Shown here: piece by piece, positions 12,150-21,291 of the stretch | How the letters are laid out: each line of letters starts with the position of its first letter | Position numbering within the stretch: the stretch's first letter is position 1 | Assembly (NCBI GenBank): GCA_963718615.1 | Contig: OY970368.1 | Coordinates: 4,064,001-4,128,000 of the forward strand | Direction: 5' to 3' | DNA: 64,000 bases | From: an uncultured cyanobacterium | GTDB taxonomy: Bacteria > Cyanobacteriota > Cyanobacteriia > PCC-9006 > JAAUQQ01 | The notes under the pieces: model-generated | Told to the model about the DNA's origin: nothing | Database searches by the model: none | The model's input: only the letters and a program-made list of their open reading frames with translations | Position numbers and translations under genes: made by a program

Positions 12150-14885
12150 ATGAAAATGACCCCTGGCACAATGAATGAATTATTGACCCAGCCTGGTTGT
12201 GAACACAATCACAAGAAAAACGGCAAGGGACATCATAAAGCTTGTCAGCAGCAGGCTAAGCCCGGAGCTGCTCAAGGGGGCTGTGCTTTTGATGGAGCTA
12301 GTATTGCGCTGGTGCCGATTACCGATGTAGCGCATCTAGTACATGGTCCGATCGCCTGTTCAGGCAATTCTTGGGGTGGACGAGGGAGCCTGTCTTCGGG
12401 ACCTATGCTCTACAAAATGGGCTTTACAACCGATCTGAGCGAAAACGACATTATTTTTGGTGGGGAAAAGAAGCTCTTTCAGGCCATTCAAGATATTCAA
12501 GCCCGCTACCAACCTGCCGCAGTTTTTGTCTATTCTACCTGTGTCACAGCCTTGATCGGAGATGATCTGAATGCAGTCTGTAAGGCAGCAGCGGAGAAGC
12601 TTGAGATTCCAGTTGTTCCCATTCATTCTCCGGGTTTTGTCGGGAGTAAAAATCTAGGCAATCGCCTAGCGGGAGAGGCGTTGCTAGAGCATGTCATTGG
12701 AACAACTGAGCCCGAATATACAACTCCATACGATATCAATCTGATTGGAGAGTACAACATTGCAGGTGAACTATGGGGCGTTTTGCCCTTGTTTGAAAAA
12801 CTTGGTATTCGGGTTTTAGCCAAAATTACAGGAGATGCCCGCTATCAGGAAGTGGCCTATGCCCATCGAGCTAAACTCAATGTGATGATCTGCTCAAAGG
12901 CGCTGATCAATTTGGCCCATAAGATGCAGGAGCGCTATGGTGTTCCTTACATTGAAGAATCCTTCTACGGTGTAGAAGATCTCAATCGTTGTTTACGAAA
13001 CATTGCTGCAAAGCTCGGAGATGAAGACTTAAAGGCACGGGTAGAAACCTTGATCGCCGAGGAAACGGCTAAGCTTGAACAGGCTATTGCACCCTATCGC
13101 GATCGCCTTCAGAACAAGCGGGTAGTTCTCTATACCGGTGGTGTCAAGAGTTGGTCTATCATCTCTGCGGCTCAAGACTTAGGGATTCGAGTCGTTGCTA
13201 CCAGCACTCGCAAGAGCACGGAAGAGGACAAAGCACGCATCAAAACGCTGTTGGGCGAAGACGGCATAATGATGGATAAGGGAGGCGCGACGGAACTGCT
13301 GCGAGTGATTGAGCAAACCCAGGCCGATCTGTTAATTGCTGGAGGACGAAACCAGTACACCGCCCTCAAAGCCCGAATTCCATTCCTCCACATCAACCAA
13401 GAGCGTCACAATCCTTACTCGGGTTATGGCGGTTTGTTGGAGATGGCAAAGGAATTGGACGAAACCTTGCATAGTCCAGTCTGGGGTGAAGTCAGGCAGC
13501 TTGCCCCCTGGGATGCCTCTTCCGGTCTCACAGCACCGCAATCCTCAGTTGCACCCACTACTGTAGTCGCCCGCAGAAAAGCTGTCACCGTCAATCCCCT
13601 CAAACAGAGTCAACCCCTTGGAGCGGCTCTAGCCTTCCTAGGGATCCAGGGTGCAATGCCACTTTTCCATGGTTCGCAAGGCTGCACAGCCTTTGCCAAG
13701 GTGTTGCTGGTTGGACATTTTCAGGAATCAATCCCACTGGCAACCACCGCCATGGGAGAAGTCAGCACAGTCCTGGGAGGGGATGAGAATGTCGAAATTG
13801 GCATCATGACGATTATTGAGAAAAACCAACCGGAACTGGTTGGACTCTTCACGACAGCCTTAACAGAAACCCGAGGCGATGACATGAAGGGAATTTTGCG
13901 CGAGTTCCATCAAGCGCATCCTGAAGTGAATTTGCCAGTTGTTTTTGCATCTACACCGGACTACAAAGGAAGTTTACAGGATGGATTTGCGGCTGCGGTG
14001 GAAAGCTTGGTGCAAACCCTGCCAGAAGCCGGGGACGTCAATCCTCGACAGGTCACGCTACTCGCCAGTTCTGCCTTAGGTCCAGCGGATGTGGAGGAGC
14101 TCAAGGAAATCGTGGAATCCTTTGGCCTAAGCCCCATTGCGGTCCCCGACCTTTCTACCTCCCTAGATGGTCATCTAGACGATGCAGACCACTATACAAC
14201 TCCGACGGGCGGCACGACGGTAGAGCAACTGCGGGCCGTAGGTCGCTCGGCCCTGACGCTGAGTTTGGGAGGGAGTATGGCAGGGGCCGCTGAAATTTTA
14301 ACCCAGCGATTTGGGACGCCTGTGGCTCAGCTTGACCAGGTGACGGGATTAGGAGCCGTTGATCGCTTCCTCCAGACCCTAGCTCAACTTAGTGGTCAAC
14401 CGGTCCCGGCCAAATATCAGCGTCAGCGACGGCAGTTGCAAGATGCCATGCTCGATACCCACTTTTATTTCGGTCGAAAACGGATTGCGATCGCCCTCGA
14501 ACCCGATTTACTCTACAACATTGCCTGGTGGATCCACAGCACTGGCGCTGAAATTCAGGCTGCCGTAACCCCAATCCAGTCTCCCTTACTCAAAACCCTG
14601 CCGCTGGAAAAAGCCTATATCGGTGATTTTGAGGATTTTGAAAACCTTGCCGCCGGAGCCGATTTATTGATTACCAACTCTAAGGCCCGACCTCTTGCCC
14701 ACCGCTTGAATATTCCCCTCTACCTCCATGGATTTCCCATGCTAGAGCAACTGGGTAATGGCCAACGGTGCACTGTAGGGTATCGCGGCACGATGAAGCT
14801 CCTGTTTGACATTGGCAACTTGTTACTAGAGGCCGATGAAGCACGAGTTCATCAGTTGGTTCACCACTGGCGGGATGGACAATGA
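12150..14885 (+). CDS. nifEN: Fused NifE-NifN FeMo-co scaffold
   Basis: NifE half (GGCAFDGA, HGPIAC), Ser/Ala/Pro linker, NifN half (NPLKQSQPLGA, HGSQGC) in one 911-aa frame. Confidence 0.96.
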   Translation: MKMTPGTMNELLTQPGCEHNHKKNGKGHHKACQQQAKPGAAQGGCAFDGASIALVPITDVAHLVHGPIACSGNSWGGRGSLSSGPMLYKMGFTTDLSENDIIFGGEKKLFQAIQDIQARYQPAAVFVYSTCVTALIGDDLNAVCKAAAEKLEIPVVPIHSPGFVGSKNLGNRLAGEALLEHVIGTTEPEYTTPYDINLIGEYNIAGELWGVLPLFEKLGIRVLAKITGDARYQEVAYAHRAKLNVMICSKALINLAHKMQERYGVPYIEESFYGVEDLNRCLRNIAAKLGDEDLKARVETLIAEETAKLEQAIAPYRDRLQNKRVVLYTGGVKSWSIISAAQDLGIRVVATSTRKSTEEDKARIKTLLGEDGIMMDKGGATELLRVIEQTQADLLIAGGRNQYTALKARIPFLHINQERHNPYSGYGGLLEMAKELDETLHSPVWGEVRQLAPWDASSGLTAPQSSVAPTTVVARRKAVTVNPLKQSQPLGAALAFLGIQGAMPLFHGSQGCTAFAKVLLVGHFQESIPLATTAMGEVSTVLGGDENVEIGIMTIIEKNQPELVGLFTTALTETRGDDMKGILREFHQAHPEVNLPVVFASTPDYKGSLQDGFAAAVESLVQTLPEAGDVNPRQVTLLASSALGPADVEELKEIVESFGLSPIAVPDLSTSLDGHLDDADHYTTPTGGTTVEQLRAVGRSALTLSLGGSMAGAAEILTQRFGTPVAQLDQVTGLGAVDRFLQTLAQLSGQPVPAKYQRQRRQLQDAMLDTHFYFGRKRIAIALEPDLLYNIAWWIHSTGAEIQAAVTPIQSPLLKTLPLEKAYIGDFEDFENLAAGADLLITNSKARPLAHRLNIPLYLHGFPMLEQLGNGQRCTVGYRGTMKLLFDIGNLLLEADEARVHQLVHHWRDGQ

Positions 14886-14968
14886 AACCATTTGTCAAGG
14901 ATTGAAATAAGCCCCTCAAATGACCCAATTGACCCACCTACTGTTTATTGAATCCAAAGGAGATTCCC

Positions 14969-15394
14969 ATGAAAATAGCCTTTGCCACGAATGATGCTGT
15001 TCATATTAATGCTCACTTTGGCTGGGCCAGTCGCATTGATGTCTATGACGTTGATACTGAAAGGTACACCTTTTTAGAAACTTTAGCGTTTCAGGGCGAC
15101 CTCAAAGAAGACGGCAATGAAGACAAACTAGAACCGAAACTACAAGCTTTAGCCGACTGCACCATTGTCTACGTTTCCGCGATCGGAGGCAGTGCTGCCG
15201 CCCGTCTGATTCGGAAAAATATTACCCCTATCAAGGCCCAATCCGAAGCAGACGAAATTGAGGATGTGCTCACTCGACTGGTACAAACCCTCAACGGCAG
15301 TCCCCCTCCTTGGCTACGCAAGGCCCTGCTCAAAAGCCAACCCCACACCTTTGAAACTGAGTTTGAAACCATCGAAGAGGAAATTTTAGTATGA
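14969..15394 (+). CDS. nifX: NifX
   Basis: MKIAFAT, NAHFG, IGGSAAA, PPPWLRK; AAGGAG RBS before ATG 14969. Confidence 0.95.
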   Translation: MKIAFATNDAVHINAHFGWASRIDVYDVDTERYTFLETLAFQGDLKEDGNEDKLEPKLQALADCTIVYVSAIGGSAAARLIRKNITPIKAQSEADEIEDVLTRLVQTLNGSPPPWLRKALLKSQPHTFETEFETIEEEILV

Positions 15395-15903
15395 GTCCTG
15401 TTAAAACCCCCACCCCATCCGCTACCACTCTCAATACTCCCAATGAAGCCTTGGCCGCTACCTTAGTAGTTGATAGCTCCCTCTTTCTCAAGGCATTAGT
15501 CCAGCAAATTCGTGCGAATGATGCCTATGGTACTTATCGGAATTGGGCTGACCATTTGCTACTCAAGCCCTATATCCTATCCAAGAAAGAGCGCCGGGAT
15601 ATTTCTGTCGAAGGCGATGTCGATCCCATTACGTTAGGACGAATTTTAGGGTTTTATCGGGCGATCGCCGCTCGCATTGAAGAAGAAACCGGTCAACTTT
15701 CCCAGGTCGTCATTGATTTAAGTCATGAAGGTTTTGGCTGGGCCTTGATCTTCTCCGGTCGTTTAATTCTAGTCTCTAAGACACTGCGCGATGCTCAACG
15801 CTTTGGTTTTGATTCCCTAGAGAAACTTCATGCCGAAGGTGAAAAGCTTGTACAAAAAGGCGTTGAGCTGGGTAATAAATTTCCGGAGGTTTGTAATCTT
15901 TAA
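15391..15903 (+). CDS. NifX-associated protein (DUF269-like)
   Basis: DLSHEGFGWAL, LRDAQRFGFDSLEKL; overlaps the nifX stop. Confidence 0.88.
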   Translation: MSPVKTPTPSATTLNTPNEALAATLVVDSSLFLKALVQQIRANDAYGTYRNWADHLLLKPYILSKKERRDISVEGDVDPITLGRILGFYRAIAARIEEETGQLSQVVIDLSHEGFGWALIFSGRLILVSKTLRDAQRFGFDSLEKLHAEGEKLVQKGVELGNKFPEVCNL

Positions 15904-15924
15904 TCTATAACCAATCTCCTGCTT

Positions 15925-16176
15925 ATGTCTCAGACGACTCCCTCGATATCCGCCGATCTGCCCATGAGTAATCCCTCCAATCTTGATGAACTCAGACAGC
16001 AAATTAAACGACTCAACAGCAAAGCAGGTCAAATGAAGATGGACTTGCATGATATTGCAGAAGGATTACCCAACGATCTAGACCAATTACCTGACATAGC
16101 CGCTCGTACCTTTGAGATTTTTTGTCAACTTCGCAATCTCAAACAACAGCTTAAAACTTTAGAGGAACAGCCATGA
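15925..16176 (+). CDS. CCE_0567/DUF683-like nif protein
   Basis: [20 protein letters not shown] motif; position before nifW. Confidence 0.85.
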   Translation: MSQTTPSISADLPMSNPSNLDELRQQIKRLNSKAGQMKMDLHDIAEGLPNDLDQLPDIAARTFEIFCQLRNLKQQLKTLEEQP

Positions 16177-16496
16177 TGACTACAACCCGATCCCTCGCCA
16201 AATTCAACCAGCTTCGTAATGCCGAAGATTATTTTGAGTTTTTCGAGCTAGATTACGATCCCCAAGTGGTCAATATTAATCGTTTGCACATTCTTCGCAA
16301 GTTTTCCCAGCTTGTGCAAACGATGGATACCCAAGGGCTTGAGACCGACGAGCAAAAGCTGACCATCTATCGTAACGCCTTACAAATGGCTTACGACTTA
16401 TTTCTAACCTCTAACTCGGTGCAGCAAAAACTCTTTAAAGTCTTCCAAGACAAGCCCAAGAACGTCGTTATGCTGTCGGAAATTGGCCTGGAGTAG
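16173..16496 (+). CDS. nifW: NifW
   Basis: [34 protein letters not shown]. Confidence 0.95.
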   Translation: MMTTTRSLAKFNQLRNAEDYFEFFELDYDPQVVNINRLHILRKFSQLVQTMDTQGLETDEQKLTIYRNALQMAYDLFLTSNSVQQKLFKVFQDKPKNVVMLSEIGLE

Positions 16497-16500
16497 TCCC

Positions 16501-17286
16501 ATGATCAACTCACTCACGCCTACAGAAATTGAACGCTACCGTCGGCAAATGATGTTGCCCGATATCGGCGAATCCGGCCAGATTCGGCTAAAAAACACAA
16601 CGGCTTTAGTAACAGGCGTGGGTGGCCTCGGCGGGACAGCTGCATTATATTTGGCAGTTGCCGGAGTGGGTAAACTCATTCTTGTTCGAGGTGGGAATTT
16701 ACAACGAGATGATCTAAATCGGCAGATTCTGATGACCGATGACTGGGTTGGAAAACCTCGGGTCTTCAAAGCCCAGGAAACCCTAACCCAACTTAACCCG
16801 GATATCAAAATTGAGGCGGTTTGTGAGTATGTAAGCAGAGAAAACATCGATGCCTTGGTCCAACAATCCGATATTGCCTTGGATTGCGCTTTCGATTTTC
16901 AAGAGCGGGATTTGCTCAACGCCGCCTGTATCCGCTGGGAAAAACCCATGGTTGAAGCAGCCATGAATGCGATGGAGGCTTATCTCACCACCATCGTACC
17001 CGGTCAAACCCCCTGCCTTACCTGTCTTTTTCCTGAAAAGCCGGAGTGGGATCGCTGGGGCTTTGGCGTCCTAGGCGCAGTCTCGGGAACCTTGGCCTGT
17101 CTAGCCGCACTGGAAGCCATCAAGCTCGTGACCGGTTTAGGAAAACCCTTGCTTGGACAACTTCTAACCTTAGATCTCGCACAGGCCAAATTTGCCAAGC
17201 ATCGGACTTACCATGATTTGGATTGTCCGGTCTGTGGGACGTTAAGTCGCCAGAAACGGTCTGATCCATTACCTATCCCTCTTTAG
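16501..17286 (+). CDS. hesA: HesA (ThiF/MoeB family)
   Basis: RYRRQ, GVGGLG, DLNRQ, CLTC and CPVC; after nifW. Confidence 0.92.
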   Translation: MINSLTPTEIERYRRQMMLPDIGESGQIRLKNTTALVTGVGGLGGTAALYLAVAGVGKLILVRGGNLQRDDLNRQILMTDDWVGKPRVFKAQETLTQLNPDIKIEAVCEYVSRENIDALVQQSDIALDCAFDFQERDLLNAACIRWEKPMVEAAMNAMEAYLTTIVPGQTPCLTCLFPEKPEWDRWGFGVLGAVSGTLACLAALEAIKLVTGLGKPLLGQLLTLDLAQAKFAKHRTYHDLDCPVCGTLSRQKRSDPLPIPL

Positions 17287-17307
17287 CATTGAATTCTATG
17301 GTGACCT

Positions 17308-17613
17308 ATGACCTGGATTGCATTAGCACTCTTTGGCGTGGCGCTTGTTCTCTGGCGACACAGTCAATTTCAAAAAGACGAAATCGTTCGTTTTTTACAA
17401 CTTTCAATCGCCTTAGTTTGTTTGATGAGTGGTCTCGTGATGGCCCACTGGCTACTCAACCTGAGTATCCTGATTAGCCTCCTCATTTATCCCACCTGCT
17501 CTCCCTACAAGGATCGGATTTTCAACTCCAATTGTTCTCAGCTTTGTCTGCGAAAAAATCAGTGTAAATCTGAATCTATCCGTCCAACTCTAACCCCTAG
17601 AAAATTGTCATGA
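17308..17613 (+). CDS. Hypothetical membrane protein with Cys-rich C-terminus
   Basis: Fills the hesA-hesB gap; 2-3 hydrophobic helices; ATGA overlap with hesB. Confidence 0.65.
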   Translation: MTWIALALFGVALVLWRHSQFQKDEIVRFLQLSIALVCLMSGLVMAHWLLNLSILISLLIYPTCSPYKDRIFNSNCSQLCLRKNQCKSESIRPTLTPRKLS

Positions 17614-17975
17614 GTGTTACATTAACCGAACTTGCTGAACTACACCTACGAACCTTTGTGCGTGCTGTTCCTAATGGTACTCCTGAGCGAGGCATTCGTC
17701 TTGCCGTTAAAGATGGAGGCTGCAATGGATACGAATACGATATCAAAATTGCAGATGCCCCCCAGGCCGAAGATGAAATCACCCAAGTGGGAAGTCTCAG
17801 AGTTTTTGTAGATCCCAATAGTGCTCCATTATTAGACGGTATCATCGTGGACTACGTCGATAGCTTGCTTGAAAGTGGCTTCAAATTTACCAATCCTAAT
17901 GCTACTGACACCTGCGGCTGCGGCAAATCGTTCCAAACCGCAGATTGTAGTACTCCCGGTGTTCCCTGTTCTTAA
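17610..17975 (+). CDS. hesB: HesB/IscA A-type Fe-S carrier
   Basis: GGCNGYEY, FTNPNA...CGCGKSF. Confidence 0.93.
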   Translation: MSVTLTELAELHLRTFVRAVPNGTPERGIRLAVKDGGCNGYEYDIKIADAPQAEDEITQVGSLRVFVDPNSAPLLDGIIVDYVDSLLESGFKFTNPNATDTCGCGKSFQTADCSTPGVPCS

Positions 17976-18006
17976 GGTGTTCCCTATTCTTAGCTCAATT
18001 GCTCAA

Positions 18007-18046
18007 CTCCACTACCCTATCACCCCATTACCCTATCACCCCATTA
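18007..18046 (+). repeat. Octamer tandem repeat (CCCYATYA-type) x5
   Basis: CTCCACTA CCCTATCA CCCCATTA CCCTATCA CCCCATTA. Confidence 0.8.
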
Positions 18047-18059
18047 CCTCTTTCTTACC

Positions 18060-18359
18060 ATGACTACCTATCAAGTTCGCCTCATCAACAAAAAGCGCAA
18101 TATCGATATTACGATTCCGGTAGAAGACGATACCTATATCATTGATGCAGCTGAAGATAACGATATTGAGCTTCCCTTTTCCTGTCGTTCTGGAGCCTGC
18201 TCTAGCTGTGTAGGTAAACTTGTAGAAGGCGAAATCGATCAAGATGATCAATCCTTCTTAGATGACGAGCAAATGGCCAAAGGGTTTGTCGTTTTATGCT
18301 CTGCTTATCCTCGTTCAGATTGCACGATTAAGACACATATGGAAGCATATCTAGTGTAG
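18060..18359 (+). CDS. fdxH: 2Fe-2S ferredoxin FdxH
   Basis: [13 protein letters not shown], basic LINKKR patch typical of FdxH; nif context. Confidence 0.88.
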   Translation: MTTYQVRLINKKRNIDITIPVEDDTYIIDAAEDNDIELPFSCRSGACSSCVGKLVEGEIDQDDQSFLDDEQMAKGFVVLCSAYPRSDCTIKTHMEAYLV

Positions 18360-18396
18360 AAATAGAAACATCTGTTGCAAAGCCAAGGAGTCAAAA

Positions 18397-18645
18397 ATGT
18401 TTGCCAGTTTTACAGTTTCTGGAACCTCACTTAAGCTACTCAAAGCCGGTGAGCGAGGCGTTATTTCTAGACTCAATAACGTCAATCCAATGATGATCGA
18501 AAAAATGAGAAAACTCGGGCTAATTCCTGGGACTCGCTTAACTGTCGAGCAGCAATTTCCTCGATTTTTAGTACGTACACATCAGGGCTCTTTTGCCCTG
18601 AGCCAGCCCATGATTCAGGCTATTTACGTGCGGATTGCAGAGTAG
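18397..18645 (+). CDS. feoA: FeoA domain protein
   Basis: LKAGERGVI...[10 protein letters not shown]...FAL...AIYV FeoA pattern. Confidence 0.8.
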   Translation: MFASFTVSGTSLKLLKAGERGVISRLNNVNPMMIEKMRKLGLIPGTRLTVEQQFPRFLVRTHQGSFALSQPMIQAIYVRIAE

Positions 18646-18662
18646 AGACAAAGGAGAAAACA

Positions 18663-18962
18663 ATGAGCTATTTAACTGGAACAACCCTCGGTGGTGGAAC
18701 CTGGACACCTCAATTTTTACAGAAGATTAGTTGGGAAACCTGTCTAGGTTGTGGACGTTGCTTTAAAGCCTGCGGTCGTGGTGTCATGTCTTTGATTGCC
18801 CTGAACGATGAGGGAGAGGTGGTCGATGAGGATGACGACGACGATGAGGTTGAACGTAAGGTTATGAGTATTGTGCAGGCTGAAAACTGTATTGGCTGTC
18901 AGGCTTGCGATCGCGTCTGTCCCAAATCTTGCCATAGCTATGCTCCTTTGGCCCTCGCTTAA
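18663..18962 (+). CDS. fdxB: Ferredoxin III (nif-specific 2x4Fe-4S)
   Basis: [16 protein letters not shown], acidic loop, [12 protein letters not shown]. Confidence 0.92.
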   Translation: MSYLTGTTLGGGTWTPQFLQKISWETCLGCGRCFKACGRGVMSLIALNDEGEVVDEDDDDDEVERKVMSIVQAENCIGCQACDRVCPKSCHSYAPLALA

Positions 18963-18985
18963 GACAACTGCGTTTTGGACTTCTG

Positions 18986-19636
18986 ATGAAACATGAAGAC
19001 CGGTGGCCAAGCTATTATCAAGCTGTCAGTGGCCGCCCTCCTCGGGAGACACTGCTGACAGCTTTGGATCTCTTTGCAGCAGATCGTTCCGCCTGTGCTT
19101 TGAGGGAAACTGCTCCTTTTGCGATCGACCTAGGCTGCGGAAACGGGCGAGACACGATTGAACTGTTACGGCGGGGATGGCAAGTTTTGGCCATTGATGG
19201 ACAGGCAGAAGCGATCGCCCGTTTAAACCAGGAAATCGCCCATTTAACCCCTCTAGAGTCATCCCTAGAAAATTACCTCAAGACTCAACTGGAAACCCAA
19301 ATTCAGCCCTTTGAGCAGCTAGTTTTATCCCGTCGAGCTGACCTAATTAACGCCAGTTTCTGTCTACCCTTTTGTACTGCTAAGGACTTTCCACGTCTCT
19401 GGTATCTAATTTTATCGACTTTAAAACCCGGTGGAAGATTTTGTGGCCATCTCTTTGGCGATCGCGATGATTGGTCTGAACGTCCCTATCTTCTAACCCA
19501 TACTCGTACCGATGTTGACCAGTTGCTCTCCTCATTAACCGTTGAATGGTTTTATGAAGAAGAGCATTCTGGTCAGACACCTCTGGGAGAAGATAGGCAT
19601 TGGCATATCTTCAATATTGTTGCCCGAAAAGTCTAG
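18986..19636 (+). CDS. Class I SAM-dependent methyltransferase (TehB-like)
   Basis: AIDLGCGNGRD, VLAID, LKPGGRF. Confidence 0.85.
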   Translation: MKHEDRWPSYYQAVSGRPPRETLLTALDLFAADRSACALRETAPFAIDLGCGNGRDTIELLRRGWQVLAIDGQAEAIARLNQEIAHLTPLESSLENYLKTQLETQIQPFEQLVLSRRADLINASFCLPFCTAKDFPRLWYLILSTLKPGGRFCGHLFGDRDDWSERPYLLTHTRTDVDQLLSSLTVEWFYEEEHSGQTPLGEDRHWHIFNIVARKV

Positions 19637-19842
19637 TCAATAGCAACCATAACATCTGAAGCTTTGATCACGGCAAAAGCCTCTCCGTTGACTTCTAAAT
19701 TCAACTGTTCAGCAGAAGATTTTGTGATCACTGATGTAATTTCTACTCCAGGAGAGATTTCAATGACCACCTCTGCATTAACAGCACCTATGATAACTGA
19801 TTTGATAATTCCCTTAAAACTATTGCGAGCGCTAATCTTCAT
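19633..19842 (-). CDS. mop: Molybdate-binding TOBE protein (Mop/molbindin)
   Basis: MKISARN, SVITKSS, VIKASDV. Confidence 0.93.
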   Translation of the reverse strand: MKISARNSFKGIIKSVIIGAVNAEVVIEISPGVEITSVITKSSAEQLNLEVNGEAFAVIKASDVMVAID

Positions 19843-19892
19843 AGAATCCTCGGCTTTGATGAGTGGACAAAATTGATAACTGGCTTAAATAC

Positions 19893-19934
19893 AAGCTATC
19901 AATCATAGGTATTTTTTTTAGTGATCCGGACTAC
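19893..19934 (-). promoter_or_regulatory. Putative NtcA/CRP-family class II promoter for mop
   Basis: Minus strand reads GTA-GTCCGGAT-CAC (19934-19921), 22 nt, TAGCTT (19898-19893). Fits GTA-N8-TAC-N22-TAN3T with one mismatch. Confidence 0.5.
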
Positions 19935-20161
19935 AAAAACTGTTGAATCAAAATTGAATAGCAGACAAATAAAAAGCCTATAAGAATTAAGAGTAAGTTT
20001 TACTTTGTGTCTATCTTAAAGTTGATAAGCTATCACACACAAGCGACAAATGGATGCAAAAGATACAGTTTAAAGTCGCACCAAACTAGATAATATTGAT
20101 TATCTAAAGACGGTTAGATAAAGCAGATTTCTACCGTCTTTCTTAGTTATCATTCTTAATC

Positions 20162-20419
20162 ATGGAACCCTCTGTAGATTCAATATCTCCCCGTCAAGCT
20201 AGCTATTTAGAGTTAATTGATCGCCTCCTCCAATGCCCCAACGGCAAAGAGCCTGAGATTCTAGATGCTTCGCGTGAGCTTTTAGATGCGGGTTTTGTTC
20301 AATCTTTGATGCAGACAGCTAGCTATTTTGCCCATCAAGATAATACTGATGCGGCTAGATTTCTGGTCTTTCTTGCCCGAGAATTGTCCCATCAGCTTAA
20401 TCTCTATCCTCAACCCTAG
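20162..20419 (+). CDS. Hypothetical cyanobacterial protein
   Basis: YLELIDRLLQCPNGKEPEIL...LLDAG pattern recalled from small cyanobacterial proteins; 10 nt upstream of modA. Confidence 0.7.
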   Translation: MEPSVDSISPRQASYLELIDRLLQCPNGKEPEILDASRELLDAGFVQSLMQTASYFAHQDNTDAARFLVFLARELSHQLNLYPQP

Positions 20420-20429
20420 GAGATTCCCT

Positions 20430-21242
20430 ATGTCTAGGCTCAAACGTCGGTTTTTAGTTTCTCTGCTCATTGGAGTCTGCTCCTGTCTGCTTGCTTTGGG
20501 ATGTGGCCTAACATCATGGATGCTCAATAGCGAGAGTGTTGTCGCAAAACCGATTAATCTCACTGTGTCCGCTGCGGCGAGTTTGCAAGACGCACTGAAA
20601 GCCATTGAGCCTCAATTTCGACAAACCCATGCCGAGAGATCCGTAGATTATAATTTTGGAGCCTCTGGTGCACTGCAACGGCAGATTGAACAAGGAGCCC
20701 CTGCCGATATCTTTTTCTCTGCCGCGTCCAAGCAAATGGATGCTCTCGCCCAAAAAGGCTTGATTCTACCCAGTTCTCGTCGCAATCTCCTGACTAATCA
20801 GCTAGTTTTAATCGCGCCTAAAAACTCCTCCTTAAAAATCACAAACTTGGCCCAACTCAAAGATGTTCCGATTAAACACTTTGCCGTTGGTGAATTTAGA
20901 AGTGTTCCTGCGGGTCAATATGCCGAACAGGTTTTTAAGAAATTTGGTTTGCTCAATACGCTGCAACCTAAGTTTGTCTTTGGTAACAACGTCCGTACTG
21001 TGCTAGCTGCGGTTGAAAGTGGAAATGCAGACGTTGGTATGGTTTATGCAACGGATGCAGCACTCTCTAATCGAGTTAAGGTCTTAATCACTGCTCCTGC
21101 ACGTTCCCATGACCCCATTGTGTATCCCATTGCGGTCTTAAAGCGAAGCTCTAATCCTAAGGCGGCTCAAGAATTTATCGATTTTCTGGTGACTGATGCG
21201 GCCCAAGCCGTTTTCAAAAAGTTTGGGTTTAGTCGCTTTTAG
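20430..21242 (+). CDS. modA: Molybdate ABC transporter periplasmic protein
   Basis: VSAAASL, FGASG, VPAGQYA, VYATDA; AGGAG RBS before ATG 20430. Confidence 0.95.
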   Translation: MSRLKRRFLVSLLIGVCSCLLALGCGLTSWMLNSESVVAKPINLTVSAAASLQDALKAIEPQFRQTHAERSVDYNFGASGALQRQIEQGAPADIFFSAASKQMDALAQKGLILPSSRRNLLTNQLVLIAPKNSSLKITNLAQLKDVPIKHFAVGEFRSVPAGQYAEQVFKKFGLLNTLQPKFVFGNNVRTVLAAVESGNADVGMVYATDAALSNRVKVLITAPARSHDPIVYPIAVLKRSSNPKAAQEFIDFLVTDAAQAVFKKFGFSRF

Positions 21243-21291
21243 GTCATCTTGAGGGAATTTTGTTTTTCATTCTGCTTTCTATGCCGTTTCT

